39,863 nucleotides of DNA from Intoshia linei (Eukaryota > Animalia > Orthonectida). The stretch covers positions 1 through 39,863 of the forward strand of contig LWCA01000222.1 in the NCBI GenBank assembly GCA_001642005.1. The letters run 5' to 3'. The translations under genes and the position numbers were made by a program. Within the stretch, counting starts at the first letter, position 1. Each line of letters starts with the position of its first letter. The notes under the pieces are model-generated. The model ran no database searches, had not been told where the DNA came from, and worked only from the letters and a program-made list of their open reading frames with translations. Of the stretch, positions 1 through 11,507 are shown in pieces.

Positions 1-112
1 TGGTACTGAATATATGTCATTACATTGAAAATGACAAAATAGGTTTTTATAATTCTATTTTTTCTGGAATTTATGACAATTTTTAGAAGTGGACTGTTTT
101 TACTTTATTTGT

Positions 113-215
113 AATATTATACACACATTCTGTCTAATAAATTAAAAAAATGGGATAACAATTGTTTATAAATTCTTTACGCAAATGTTAACAAACAAAA
201 AATTAAGATGGAATA
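113..215. repeat. Dispersed repeat; reverse-complement copy at about 25645-25742
   Basis: ATACACACATTCTGTCTAATAAAT...ATGGGATAACAATTGTTT matches, on the opposite strand, AAACAATTGTTATCCCAT...ATTTATTAGACAGAATGTGTGTAT. Confidence 0.7.
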
Positions 216-368
216 TTTCACTTTAAAAAAAAGTAATGTGATATGATAGTTCCACCTGAAACAAATTTGGGAACCACTATTTTAATGGTTTGATAATAGT
301 GAATAGTAGGATTTTTAATTTAGATTTTCAACATGAATTTATTTTTTTGGTATAATAAATATGTGCCG

Positions 369-417
369 TCGGCAGAGCTAGGTGCTGTTTGTACGTAGTA
401 CATAACAGTTAAACTAG
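369..417 (+). mobile_element. Helitron 3' terminus (hairpin + CTAG|T)
   Basis: TCGGCAGAGCTAGGTG-CTGTTTGTAC-GTA-GTACATAACAG-TTAAA-CTAG followed by T. The same motif occurs at 6343-6363, 10736-10775, 14242-14290, 16267-16314 and, degenerate, at 38410-38465 (-). Confidence 0.7.
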
Positions 418-1119
418 TGTTATATAATTTTAAGTGCATGTTTCATTTATAAACCGAAGGGTAATTTAAGATATTGACCATGAATATGAGCGTTTCTGAC
501 GCTGAGACTTACGATAATTTTAATTATTTTAAACCTCGTCCCAGAATTTATGTTTTATTAAATTTTTACGCAAATGGTATTTAAAAATATAGGGACAAAT
601 TCGGAAATGAAACAAATATCAACATTATTGAGAAAAACTGTCTTAGAATGTAGGGTTTTTTATGTTTTATAAATGTTAATTTTTTAAATATATGGTAACA
701 CACTCAGACATTTAATTTTATTAATAAATCAGCGTTTCCCAAATGTTGGTCCGCGAAATCATTCTGAAAAAATTTTGATTAATTACAACTTCTAATTTAC
801 AAGCAATTTATTACGTTTTTTTATTAAATTTTTGTAATATTGAAATGTCCGCCATTATTAAAAGTGTTAAAGTTCTAACTAATATATTATAATAATAAAT
901 ATTCAATACATTTTGGATTAAACTAATGGTTTTGATAGTAAACGAAAGATAAAGATAAATACATAAATATATTTTGATTTACCTTTAAATGGTAAAAAGT
1001 AAAAACCCTGGAATACTTGCAAATGCTGGTGCATGTGTAAACAGAAATGGAAAATAAAGTGTATCTTTTATGGTTAAGTAAATATTATTTTATAAATTTA
1101 ATAAAATTAAATTATTAAA

Positions 1120-4100
1120 ATGAACTGCTTTCTATTTGTAGCTTTTTTGCTAACTCTTCTCAACGTTAAAGGTTTAACAATACAGTTAATATTATACAAT
1201 GCCAGTGTCTATAAATTGATGGTTTTATTTTGAACGTGAAAATTGAGATTTATACTGCGTATCCTTCATATATATTTTTCATTTGATTTTACCTTACTTA
1301 ATTATAATTATAATTTTTGTGCACTTATTAATTGGTTAACATTATTGTTATTATATTATACATTATTAATATTGCGGCCATAGGAATATTTTTGATGAAG
1401 GGCACGTTGAAAGAGTTTTAAAAATGGAAATTATGAAAACTCTACATTACATTATATGACTAAAATTAATTTTTAGGTGAAGATGATGAACTCTTGGATG
1501 TAATTTTAAAAATATTTAAATTTACTTGTGAAATGTTAATTTATTTGATATCCTAGCTTGTATGAAACTCTTTGTTTGTCTGTCTGTCTGTTATCGTTTA
1601 TTCCAATAACTAAGATCTTAGAACTTGAATAATTCCCATTTCTATTACACTTTTTTCAGTCGGTGAAAGTAAGAGACATTTCAATCCCATAAATTGAGTC
1701 CTTCAAGATCAAAAACCCCAATTGTCTTTTTTTTAAATTAAAAACTTTAATAAAATTATAAAAAATAACCATCTAATCAAGATTTTAAAATTATCAACAT
1801 GATCATAATTTTCAATATCAAAAATTTATGTCTTAAAGGCCAAAACCCCAAATTATTTTTTTTTGTAAAAATTAAAAAAGGCCTAGAATTGTATACAAAA
1901 TAAATTTTGGGATATTTTTTAAGTTCATGAGCATTATCATAAATGGAAACCTCAAAAAAGTTTATGTCCACGATCAAAACCACATATTACCCTTTTTTTA
2001 AAAAAAGAAATCAACCCTAGAATTTTAAATAAATTATAGCTGATACAGTTATATCCACTTAACACACACAAAAAATGTAAATGTTAGAAAGTCACGCCTT
2101 CACGGTCAAAACAGTACTTTAGTATATATTTTTTTTATTTTGAAACTATTTTATTAAAACAAACAATTTGAAATAATTAATGATCCTACAATTAAAAAAA
2201 AGAATAATGTGATACAGCTTATTCTAGTTGATATAAATACAAAATTTCAACTTTAGAAATTTACGCATTACCAAAGAAAAATGATTTTAAAAAAGGACAA
2301 TTGGGGTTTTTGACCTTGAAGGACTCAATTTCTAAAAATGAAATTTGCGATGAAATAATGCTTTCGAAAAACGGTTATCGAAATATGGTACTTTTAAAAC
2401 TCGATTCCTCTTACTTTCTTATATAAACTCGACCAAACAGACAAGTATATGAACAGACATACAGTTTTAACTATTTTACTTTATATAAGTAGTTGAGATG
2501 TCAGAAATCAAAAGAATGAAAATGGTCATTCAAAAACTCTTACTATTTTACAAAATAATGAGCGCATTACTAAAAATTTAATTCTCGGTTTTTGCGATTA
2601 ACTAAAAACATTTGTATACATTATTTTGGTTGTAGTATCCTAGTTTCGAATCCAGACTCATGATACGGAACATATTTGATTTTTATCACATTTTTTGAAA
2701 CGTGACACACAAAATTTAAATTCTGCATAGAGTAATAGCTACATATTAATATATAAAATTTATTAACATTATTATTAATACAATTATAACGTAATAAAAT
2801 GTATTATTTACTGGAATTATTAGAGATATGAATCTAAACTAAAATGTTCAATTTGTATAATGATTGTAAAAACAGTTACAGCACTAATTCAAGGCATAGA
2901 AGTAAACATTTATCAATTTAATATGTAAACCGTATAATAGGATGAAGTTGTTGATAAAGTGAATAAACTGGTATGCAAACATTTGGATTTTATCGATAAT
3001 GAGGTAATATAAAGTAATATAAATCAGTATTTTGCAAGTATATTTCACAATATATTCATTTTCATAAAAATTGTTGCTTTATATATACACAATTTATCAT
3101 TTATGTACCGTAACTTGTTCTGTTAGAAAGTTCACAAACATGTGAGGAAAAAATCGTATACTTTGCCGTTTTGGAAGATACTCCTAAGCGAGAATGTTCC
3201 GATTAAATCAATAATTCATAGAGACAATGTAAATTTTTGTCATATAGTATTTTTTAAATATTGCTTCGCAAATGTGAATTTAATCAAATGAAAAATAACA
3301 GTAAATATTAAGAAACCTCCATTATTCATTCAGTTTATATTTTTACACCTTGAATAAGAATGGATGGAAAAGAGCACTGCGGGCGCGAGATTAAACAAAT
3401 TTATAAATCGAACATTGAGTAAAATTGAAGTAATTTCAAATTATAAATTATTCACAGGACTGAAAATAACATACAATTATGACCTGTTCATATTCAACCT
3501 TAAATAATTTATTGACAAGCGAATCATGAATCAAATCTGTTTAATTGGCAATTTTTGGTACCCACATATGCAAATAAATATTCACATCATTGAAAAGTAA
3601 AAAATTAATACTTATTATTAGATTAGTATGACTTAATTCGATTATATTCTCATAATTATGAGAATATCTAAGGCTATTTTTACATAAAATTAAAAAAAGT
3701 ATTAATTATTGTGATTATAATTGATATATCCATTCGCTGGGTCGTGCTCATTGTCATCCTCTTATAGAGTAAGTTTTCGAACCGTTGATAACTGACGTTC
3801 AGAGTAGAACGTGAATTTGGAACAGTCAAAACTATCAAAAATGAACGTTTTCTGAATAATTATCAGTGTGCATTACCTACCAGGTACATTAAAATGAAAT
3901 TAATTACTGAAATTTTAATAAAAAAGTTAGAATTTTTGGATGATAACTTTTAGAATGTCGACTGTATTATTTCAATTGTAATCAAAAAATTTAGTGCAAA
4001 CTACTTCACACATCATGGTTTAATTATATCGAGTCTCAATTTAAAATGAAAAAGGTAACTTTTTAATAAATTATTTTTTAATTTTATTAAATTTAGGGAA

Positions 4101-4150
4101 TCGAAAATTTATGTTCTGTGATGTCGTTATGCAAGATCAAATCCGTTTAA
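1120..4150 (+). CDS. Secreted single-domain saposin-like protein (SAPLIP, SapB fold), about 109 aa
   Basis: Exons 1120-1171, 1477-1499, 2824-2901, 2941-3003, 3995-4054 and 4097-4150 join in phase at GT-AG: MNCFLFVAFLLTLLNVKGEDDELLDRYESKLKCSICIMIVKTVTALIQGIEDEVVDKVNKLVCKHLDFIDNECKLLHTSWFNYIESQFKMKKGIENLCSVMSLCKIKSV*. Signal peptide plus six Cys in saposin spacing (CxxC...C...C...CxxxxxC). The first two exons are less certain than the last four. Confidence 0.8.
1551..2285 (+). mobile_element. Non-autonomous Helitron-like element (family A), 5' part and body
   Basis: Starts A|TCC, followed by a TGTC/TGTT microsatellite and family-A modules (TTGAGTCCTTCAAGATCAAAAACCCC; ACAGTT..ATCC..TTAACACACACAAAAA..ACGCCTTCACGGTCAAAA) shared with 6487-7272 and 12630-13480. 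Confidence 0.7.
2290..2498 (-). mobile_element. Helitron family A 5' fragment, inverted
   Basis: Reverse complement reads A|TCTCAACTACTTATATAAAGTAAAATAGTTAAAACTGTATGTCTG...GAAATTGAGTCCTTCAAGGTCAAAAACCCC, homologous to 10790-10980 and 11963-12020. Confidence 0.7.
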
Positions 4151-4539
4151 CTTTATCTAACATTAAAAAAATTTATTTATATTCTATTCTATGTACTGAT
4201 TTATTATTTAGTTAACTCATTTTTTAATTTAGATATTTTTAGAAAATATTAAATTAATTTCAGTTGTAAAAATGGGTTTCTTGATAAAATTGATTTTAAT
4301 TATTTTGTATTAAATTTTACAATTTCTATTACAATTTACATTTCATTGTAATTGATCCTTTAATTTAAAGGTTGTATCAGTTGTTTTTATATTTTTAAAT
4401 TCACTATCTCGCCAACTTTTTCTAAATCGCATGAATGGCGAGTTATAGAGAGAATACTGTATTAAATTCTGTATTTATGAGATATTAAATTAATGTGAAT
4501 AAAATTGACCTAAATTTGATTCTAAAAATCGTACTAGCT

Positions 4540-4776
4540 GTGCAAGGTAAAACTGACTTAGAAAAACCTGTCAAACCCCCAACTTTTTCTATTGTTTAAA
4601 AATAAATCTACCCAAAAATTTAATAAAATATATATTCTTGGACACGTTTTAAAACCATGAACATTGTCGTAAATCCCAGCCTCAGAAACGCATACCTTCA
4701 TAGTCAAAACCACAAATTACCAGCATTATTATAAATGGCAACCTCAAAAAAGTGCATTTTCACTACAACCCCAGAT
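4540..4776 (+). mobile_element. Helitron family A fragment, interrupted by the hAT element and resuming at 5954-6080
   Basis: Family-A modules run up to AACCCCAGAT and continue after the hAT element with CCCAGATTACTTTTTT...GTACAGTTGTATCCTGTTAACAC. Confidence 0.65.
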
Positions 4777-5953
4777 CAGAGGTGAAAACCCGTTGACAAA
4801 ACCGAGAGAACTGTGCGGTAGTTTTCCCGGTTGATGAAACAGTTTACAACGGTAGACAAAAATCATTTATTGAAACGTCTATTAATTTTTAAGAATAGGA
4901 ATTGACCTTGAAGGACTCAATTTCGGAAAATGAAATTTGGATAAAAGTTTTAAAATTTTAAATTTTTACTTTAATTGAAATATTTGAAAAATATTGGTCG
5001 ATAATATATTAAAAATTATTTTTTCACCGGAAATGTGTAGACTTCTGGGTTTGAAATTTTGTATTTATATCAACTGGATTAAGTTCTATCAGAATAATCT
5101 TCTTTTTTAATTTTTGAACCGTTTATTTTTTCACATTTAATGTTTTAATAAAATATTTTGGAAAAAAATATATGAATACTAAAATGCTTTTTTGACCGTG
5201 AAGTCGTCACTTATTCAGATTTAAATTTTGTGTGTGTTAACAGGATACAACTGTACCACCTGTAAAAATTTTTAAATTCTAGGGCTGTTTTCATTAAAAA
5301 AAGGGTAATTTGGGGTTTTGGCCCTAAAGATACATTTTTTTAAATTTAAATTTATGATAATATTCAAACCATATTTAACCAAGTTTAATATGGTTTGATA
5401 AATTTTCAAAATCCTTTGTTTTCATACAATGCAAATGGACAGGCACTAATAACAAAAATTAATATAAGAGACTGTATAACATCATGTTCAGAAATGGTAA
5501 TAATACTTTTGGATTTTAAATTTGACTGCTCACACATAGGAGGGAACATTTTAATTTTTTTGAAAGATTGATCTAAACTTTACATTCTAAAGTGACAATA
5601 CTCAATATCTTTATTTTAATATATTCCATAAGGTCTTTCTCAAATTGTTCATTATGTAAACTAGATTTTAAATGAGCCCTAGCATTGTTGTGGTGTAGTG
5701 TTGAGATTTTAATATTACAGCTATCTAGAAAATTTGGAGCTTTCATTCTACAGTATCGTATTTTCTTAATCTTATCAATTTCAAAGCTAAAATTTAATTT
5801 AATTAATTTAAAATTTATATTTATAAAAACCGAATCGAAAACCGCAAAAAACAGTTTTTGAATTGGAACGGTGGTTGGTTGATTGAAACGATTCACTGAA
5901 AATCGCTAAAACCGCTTTAAAAACCGGTTTTTATCAATCGGTTCCCACCTTTG
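4777..5953 (-). mobile_element. Internally deleted hAT DNA transposon with transposase remnant
   Basis: Imperfect TIRs (left CAGAGGTGAAAACCCGTTGACAAAACCG; right, reverse-complemented, CAAAGGTGGGAACCGATTGATAAAAACCG) and flanking duplication CCCAGAT. The minus strand encodes a BED-finger-like C..C..NARAHLKSSLH (ORF 5573-5896) and, in a broken frame, CPFALYENKGF*KFIKP, resembling the hAT PF..E..GF motif. Confidence 0.65.
4900..5360 (-). mobile_element. Helitron family A fragment nested inside the hAT element
   Basis: Reverse-complement family-A modules: GACCTTGAAGGACTCAATTT, TTTTGACCGTGAAGTCGTCACTTATTCAGAT, TGTTAACAGGATACAACTGTAC. Confidence 0.7.
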
Positions 5954-6341
5954 CCCAGATTACTTTTTTTTTAATGAAAACAGCTCTATAATTTAAAAAA
6001 ATACAGGTGGTACAGTTGTATCCTGTTAACACACACAAAAAATTTCAATCTGAATAAGTGACGCCTTCACGGCCAAAAAAGATCATGGAAAACTGGGCTT
6101 TTTGACCCGTAAGATATGAGTTTGGGCGGTTGAAATTTGTTTTGCTAACACCCAGAAAAACTGTAATTGGAATGTGGACTTTATAAAATTCTAAGACTGG
6201 TAATTATTGAAATAAAATGTAAGAATGAAGTTGATATTTTTATCATATTACATTTTATTACTACCTATAAATAACTATTAACCAAAAGAAAAAATGTACA
6301 CATAATATTGTCTACAGTTTCTCACTTATAAACAAATATTC
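5771..6341. repeat. 571-bp duplicate of 7274-7844, apparently exact; probable assembly artefact
   Basis: Copies look identical by eye and abut single-N gaps at 6342 and 7273. Confidence 0.85.
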
Positions 6342-6486
6342 NGTACATTACAGTCAACCTAGTTAAAGTATAAAACTATTCGTGTCCATTCAAAAGATCG
6401 TAAATCAAAAGATCGTATTTTATTTTATTTTAGTTATATATTTATTACATAATTCATTAACTAGTTATAGTTACCTATTATAATAA

Positions 6487-7272
6487 TCCTAATTTATATC
6501 AAAGGCTACGCGATTTTGGTTTGTGTGTGTGTTCAACTTTATTTAAATAACTACCCATCTTAGAATTTTTTTAAGACCACATTTCAATTACAGTTTTTTC
6601 CGGGACGTATATTAAGATAAATTTCAACCTTCTAATTTCACATCTTACGGGTCAAAAACCCCAGTTGTGCCTCTTTTTGAAAATCAAACGAGTTGAAAAA
6701 TTTAAAAAAATATATACGCTAATACGCATTTTAAAATCATAAACATTACCATAAATTTAAATCTAAAAAAATTATATCTTCAAAGCCAAAACCCCATATT
6801 ACCTTTCCTTTTTTTTGAAAACAGCCCTAGAATTTCTAAAATTTACAGGTGGTACAGTTGTATCCTGTTAACACACATAAAAAATTTCAATAGTACAGTT
6901 GTATCCTGTTAACACACATAAAAAATTTCAATCCGAATAAGTGACGACCTTCCCGATCAAAAAAGCATTTTAGTATTCATATATTTTTTTTCCGAAACAT
7001 TTTATTAAAACATAAAAAGTGTGAATTAATTAACAGTCCGAAAATTAAAAAACAACATTATTCTGATAGAGTTTATTCCAGTTGATATAAATACAAAATT
7101 TCAACCACAGAAATCTACGCATTTCCGGTGAAAAATAATTTTTAATATATTATCAACCAATATTTTTCAAATATTTTGATTAAAATCAAAAATTGAAAAT
7201 GTAAATATTGATCCTACAATTTCAAAAAAAATGTGGATTGTACGTCTACACATTTCCAGTAAAGACATATGG
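6487..7272 (+). mobile_element. Helitron family A element, truncated by the N gap
   Basis: A|TCCTAATTTATAT 5' end, (GT)n microsatellite and family-A body highly similar to 13070-13480. Contains an internal 41-bp tandem duplication at 6852-6932. Confidence 0.7.
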
Positions 7273-8303
7273 NCTTATCAATTTCAAAGCTAAAATTTAA
7301 TTTAATTAATTTAAAATTTATATTTATAAAAACCGAATCGAAAACCGCAAAAAACAGTTTTTGAATTGGAACGGTGGTTGGTTGATTGAAACGATTCACT
7401 GAAAATCGCTAAAACCGCTTTAAAAACCGGTTTTTATCAATCGGTTCCCACCTTTGCCCAGATTACTTTTTTTTTAATGAAAACAGCTCTATAATTTAAA
7501 AAAATACAGGTGGTACAGTTGTATCCTGTTAACACACACAAAAAATTTCAATCTGAATAAGTGACGCCTTCACGGCCAAAAAAGATCATGGAAAACTGGG
7601 CTTTTTGACCCGTAAGATATGAGTTTGGGCGGTTGAAATTTGTTTTGCTAACACCCAGAAAAACTGTAATTGGAATGTGGACTTTATAAAATTCTAAGAC
7701 TGGTAATTATTGAAATAAAATGTAAGAATGAAGTTGATATTTTTATCATATTACATTTTATTACTACCTATAAATAACTATTAACCAAAAGAAAAAATGT
7801 ACACATAATATTGTCTACAGTTTCTCACTTATAAACAAATATTCTCGTAACACAGTATAGATCAAAAATAACTCAATAAATGTACTATACTATTGCACCA
7901 CTGTATGATATCGATTAAATTAAATTTTTTGAAACATAACAATTCATGTACTTGTTTAATGTGTATGCTTATTTCAATAAAAATTCAATGTCTGGAACGA
8001 GTTTTCTATCCAAAAAACAGTGTATAATATATACACTATGAAACAATCCGTTAAACATGCAATTACAACTTTGAATTCACAGACAAAAATTTAAAAATAA
8101 ATATTGATAAAAAATATCGATAACAACCTAACCAAAATTGTAAATTTAAATTTATTTCCTCACCAATATTTAAAAAACACGTCAGTTTTTAAATTATCTA
8201 GCCTTAATAAAATATTTAGTTGAGTTGTTATTGGTTAAAATACAAAATTACGTGTCACATTGTTAGATAATATTGATATTTCAGAAAAATCTCTTGAAAT
8301 AAC

Positions 8304-10422
8304 ATGAAAACGTTTATAAGTAATTTTTTTTTATTTTAAACTCAAACGTGTTTATTTTTTATTTAGCATTTTTGGTTGTATTACTGGTGAACCTAAATTA
8401 TGGATTCTATACAGCAGATGATCATGTAATACAAATTACAGATTTTAGTACAGTATTAGACGATGATGCGTGTTGGATTGTCGAGTTTTATGCTGACTGG
8501 TTGTACATGTTATTTTTATGTAATTTAGTTTATAGGTGTGGTCATTGTAAAAGTCTTGCGCCCATCTATAAGGAAGCTGCTTCAAAATTGAAGGTTTTTC
8601 GTTAACAATAGATGTTAATATGTTATTTTAGGGTATCATTAAATTTGGAGCTGTTGACATGCAAAAAAATGGAGAACTTGGAAAACCATACGGTATTAAA
8701 GGTTTTCCTACATTAAAGATATTTTGTTCCGACAAAAAATCACCCTCTGATTACAATGGTTTAATATCGACGAAATTTAAATGTAAAAATTATAATTTTA
8801 GGCTCCAGAAGTGTTGACGCAATTGTTGACCAAATGAAGGAAGAATTGAAAAAGAAAATGGACTCTCAATCCGGCAAGAAACAAGAAGAGAGTCATTCCG
8901 GTGAAGCTGTCGTTGAACTTACAGAATCAAACTTTCAAAGTACTGTTTTGGATAGCGACGATTTATGGTTAGTTGCCTTTGTTGCTCCTTGGTGCGGACA
9001 TTGTAAAGCTTTAAAACCAAATTTGAAAGAAGCTGCTACTCGATTAATGGGAAAAGTCAAAGTTGGACAAGTTGATTCCACTGTCCATTCAAACTTAGCC
9101 TCGAAATATGATGTTTTAATTTAATTTAAATGGCCATAAAACTTTTTTAGGTTCGAGGATATCCCACTATGAAAATATTCCCTGCTGGACCTAAACAAGA
9201 TTCACAGGAATATGAGGGAGGACGTGATTCTAATGACATTTATGAAAAGATGATGTCTATTTATGGAGAAACCGCCGACCCACCAGAAGTCTATGAATTA
9301 TTGTCAAAAGAAACCATCAATGAGCATTGCAGCAAAGTCCAATTGTGCATTATATCCGTTTTACCCGATATACTTGATTGTCAATCCGAATGCAGAAATA
9401 AATACATCAAAACTGTCAAATCCGTTGCAGAATCATATAAAACCAAACAATGGGGGTAAGTTTGCATATGTGTTTTATTTGAGTTTTTGTCTTTCGTGAT
9501 TTACACTCTATGATTCCATAATCCCATTTCTTTGAATAGTACTTTAAGGAAGTAATGGTTAAAATCTGATTATAAGGAGATTAATAAATTTTAGAATAAA
9601 GTATTTTTTAGGTGGCTCTGGACTTCTACAGGAGAACACAGCGATTTTGAAACATCACTCAATATGGGAGGATTCAGTTATCCCGTAAATTTACTAAATT
9701 TTGTGTTTAATTATTTCCATAGGCACTTGCTGTAATAAACCCTAAACGCTCTACATACAGTTTGATGAGACAGTCTTTCAGTACCACCGGAATGCAAACA
9801 TTTTTCAAGTAATTTTTATAAGATATAATTTATACTATACATTTACGAATATTTAATTAATTAATTTATTGTATCAGGATGGTTGACCGCGTTAATTAAG
9901 TTTTTCTAATTTGAGTTAATTTTTATCTTCTCCCAGTGTCCTCGTTCACCCTGATGTATTGGATAAATGTATTTTTATTTTGATATGATATTTATTGCAA
10001 GTGGTTCAAGTTATATGTTAACTAATGTGTGAATTAGACAACTGCTTCTTACTAAAAAGATTGCTGCCGAAAAATGGGTTGAAAACGGTTTTGATTTGCT
10101 CGATAGTGTTGATCCTTGGGATGGAAAAGATGGAGAGGTTTTATTTTAAAATATATACATGATTATTTCACTAATAATAAATGTGTACCGTACAAGTACT
10201 TATTTTTTATTTTTTGTGATACCATGGTTCAGAGCCAACTTTAACCATTTAGATTTATGGATTATTTGATTTTTTTAATGTTTATGCGACTTTTTTAATG
10301 AAAAGGTGCACCAGTGATAAATTTTAAACTTTTGTATAACGATATTTACACGTCAGTTAATTAATGTTAATAATTTATTTTAGTATCCTTCTGAAGACGA
10401 ATATGATCGATCAGATTTATAA
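8304..10422 (+). CDS. PDIA6: Protein disulfide-isomerase A6 (P5)
   Basis: Signal peptide MKTFITFLVVLLVNLNYG, two thioredoxin WCGHC sites (EFYADW|CGHCK and AFVAPWCGHCK), P5-type b domain LCIISVLPDILDCQSECRNKY, then DPWDGKDGE and an acidic tail ending RSDL*. Approximate exons: 8304-8319, 8367-8499, 8536-8593, 8632-8758, 8802-9112, 9151-9455, 9612-9684, 9723-9808, 10039-10137, 10384-10422. Confidence 0.95.
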
Positions 10423-10735
10423 GTATATGTATTGCACATGTTAATTTAATAAATATATAAAATAAACATTTTTCATTGCATAAAAATGTATTTTGTTTAT
10501 TTTTTAGTTTGCTTATTTATTTAAGTTTACTATTTGTTAACCAAACCAATTGATCTAGTTATTCAAAAAAATGTATATATAAATGTACGTAATGCGTTTG
10601 GAACGGTTCTCAACCTTTTCAAGTATCTCCCCTGAATCCAATAATTCATGTAGATTTATTTTACATCTCCCTTATCGACTGTTAATTGTCTCTAAAAAAA
10701 GAACTCAGCAAGATTTATTAATAGTTATTAATAGA

Positions 10736-11370
10736 CTAGGTGCTGTTTGTACGTAATACATAACAGACAACTTAGTTGTACAATGTACGTACAGTAAAAT
10801 GGTTAAACATGTATGTCTGTTTATATATTTATTTGTTTCACTTTATTCAAGAAAGTAAAAGGAAACTAAGAGGAGTTTTAAAATACCATATTTCTATAAC
10901 AGTTTTTGCAGAGTTATGTCTTATGGCAAATTTAATTTTCAGAAATTGAGCCCTTCAAGATTAAAACCCCATTTTTCCTTTGTTTTTACAAATAAAACAA
11001 CCTATCATTTAAAAAAACATATTATGGGACGCATTTTAAAGTCATTAACATGTTCGTAAAGCTCAGATTCAGAAACATACATCTTCATGGTCCAAACCGA
11101 AATAACTTTTTTTTTAAAAATGAAAAAAATGTTAATTTATAGAATTTTACAAAATATAAAGTATGCATTAGTTTTTAAAATAACAAGCAACCGAAAAAAA
11201 GTATATTTTCATTATCACAACCTCAAATTACTCACTTTTTTTAAAATGAAAAAATATCTATTCCTAGAATTTGTATAAGTCTGGGTTAATTTTTTAAATC
11301 ATAAAACGCAACATCAAAAAGTGTATTTTAAGATGAAAACCCAGATTACATTTTGAATCCCAAGTTCTAG
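10736..11370 (+). mobile_element. Helitron family A: 3' terminus followed directly by the 5' part and body of another copy
   Basis: Hairpin CTGTTTGTAC-GTA-ATACATAACAG and CTTAG end, then AGTAAAATGGTTAAACATGTATGTCTG and family-A modules. Confidence 0.65.
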
Positions 11371-11507
11371 AAATGAATATAAAACATGTAAATTTATCTA
11401 AAATCATAATAAATTGTTTAAATAATTTTTCTATTTGATTAAATTTATTTTGAAATATTATTATTATTAATTATTATTAATTTCAATTTTGAAATTATTT
11501 TGAAAGT

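Noticed and set aside
263-760. hAT-like ends at about 263-278 and 730-760 as one element (other solo ends near 10602, 20766, 25464, 35445)
   Set aside because: The ends face outward or lack partners and TSDs; they are only isolated decayed termini.
1777-1983. Short ORFs in repeats or introns (also 11087, 13706, 13891, 16278, 20354, 25643, 26184, 29088, 34455, 34742, 35265)
   Set aside because: They fall in Helitron/MITE or intronic AT-rich DNA, or are antisense to small exons; F/I/K/L-biased and without recognisable domains.
7214-7399. Second copy of the MNRFNQP ORF as a gene duplication
   Set aside because: It lies in the exact duplicate next to an N gap and reads across the N; the N-terminal part is hAT subterminal sequence.
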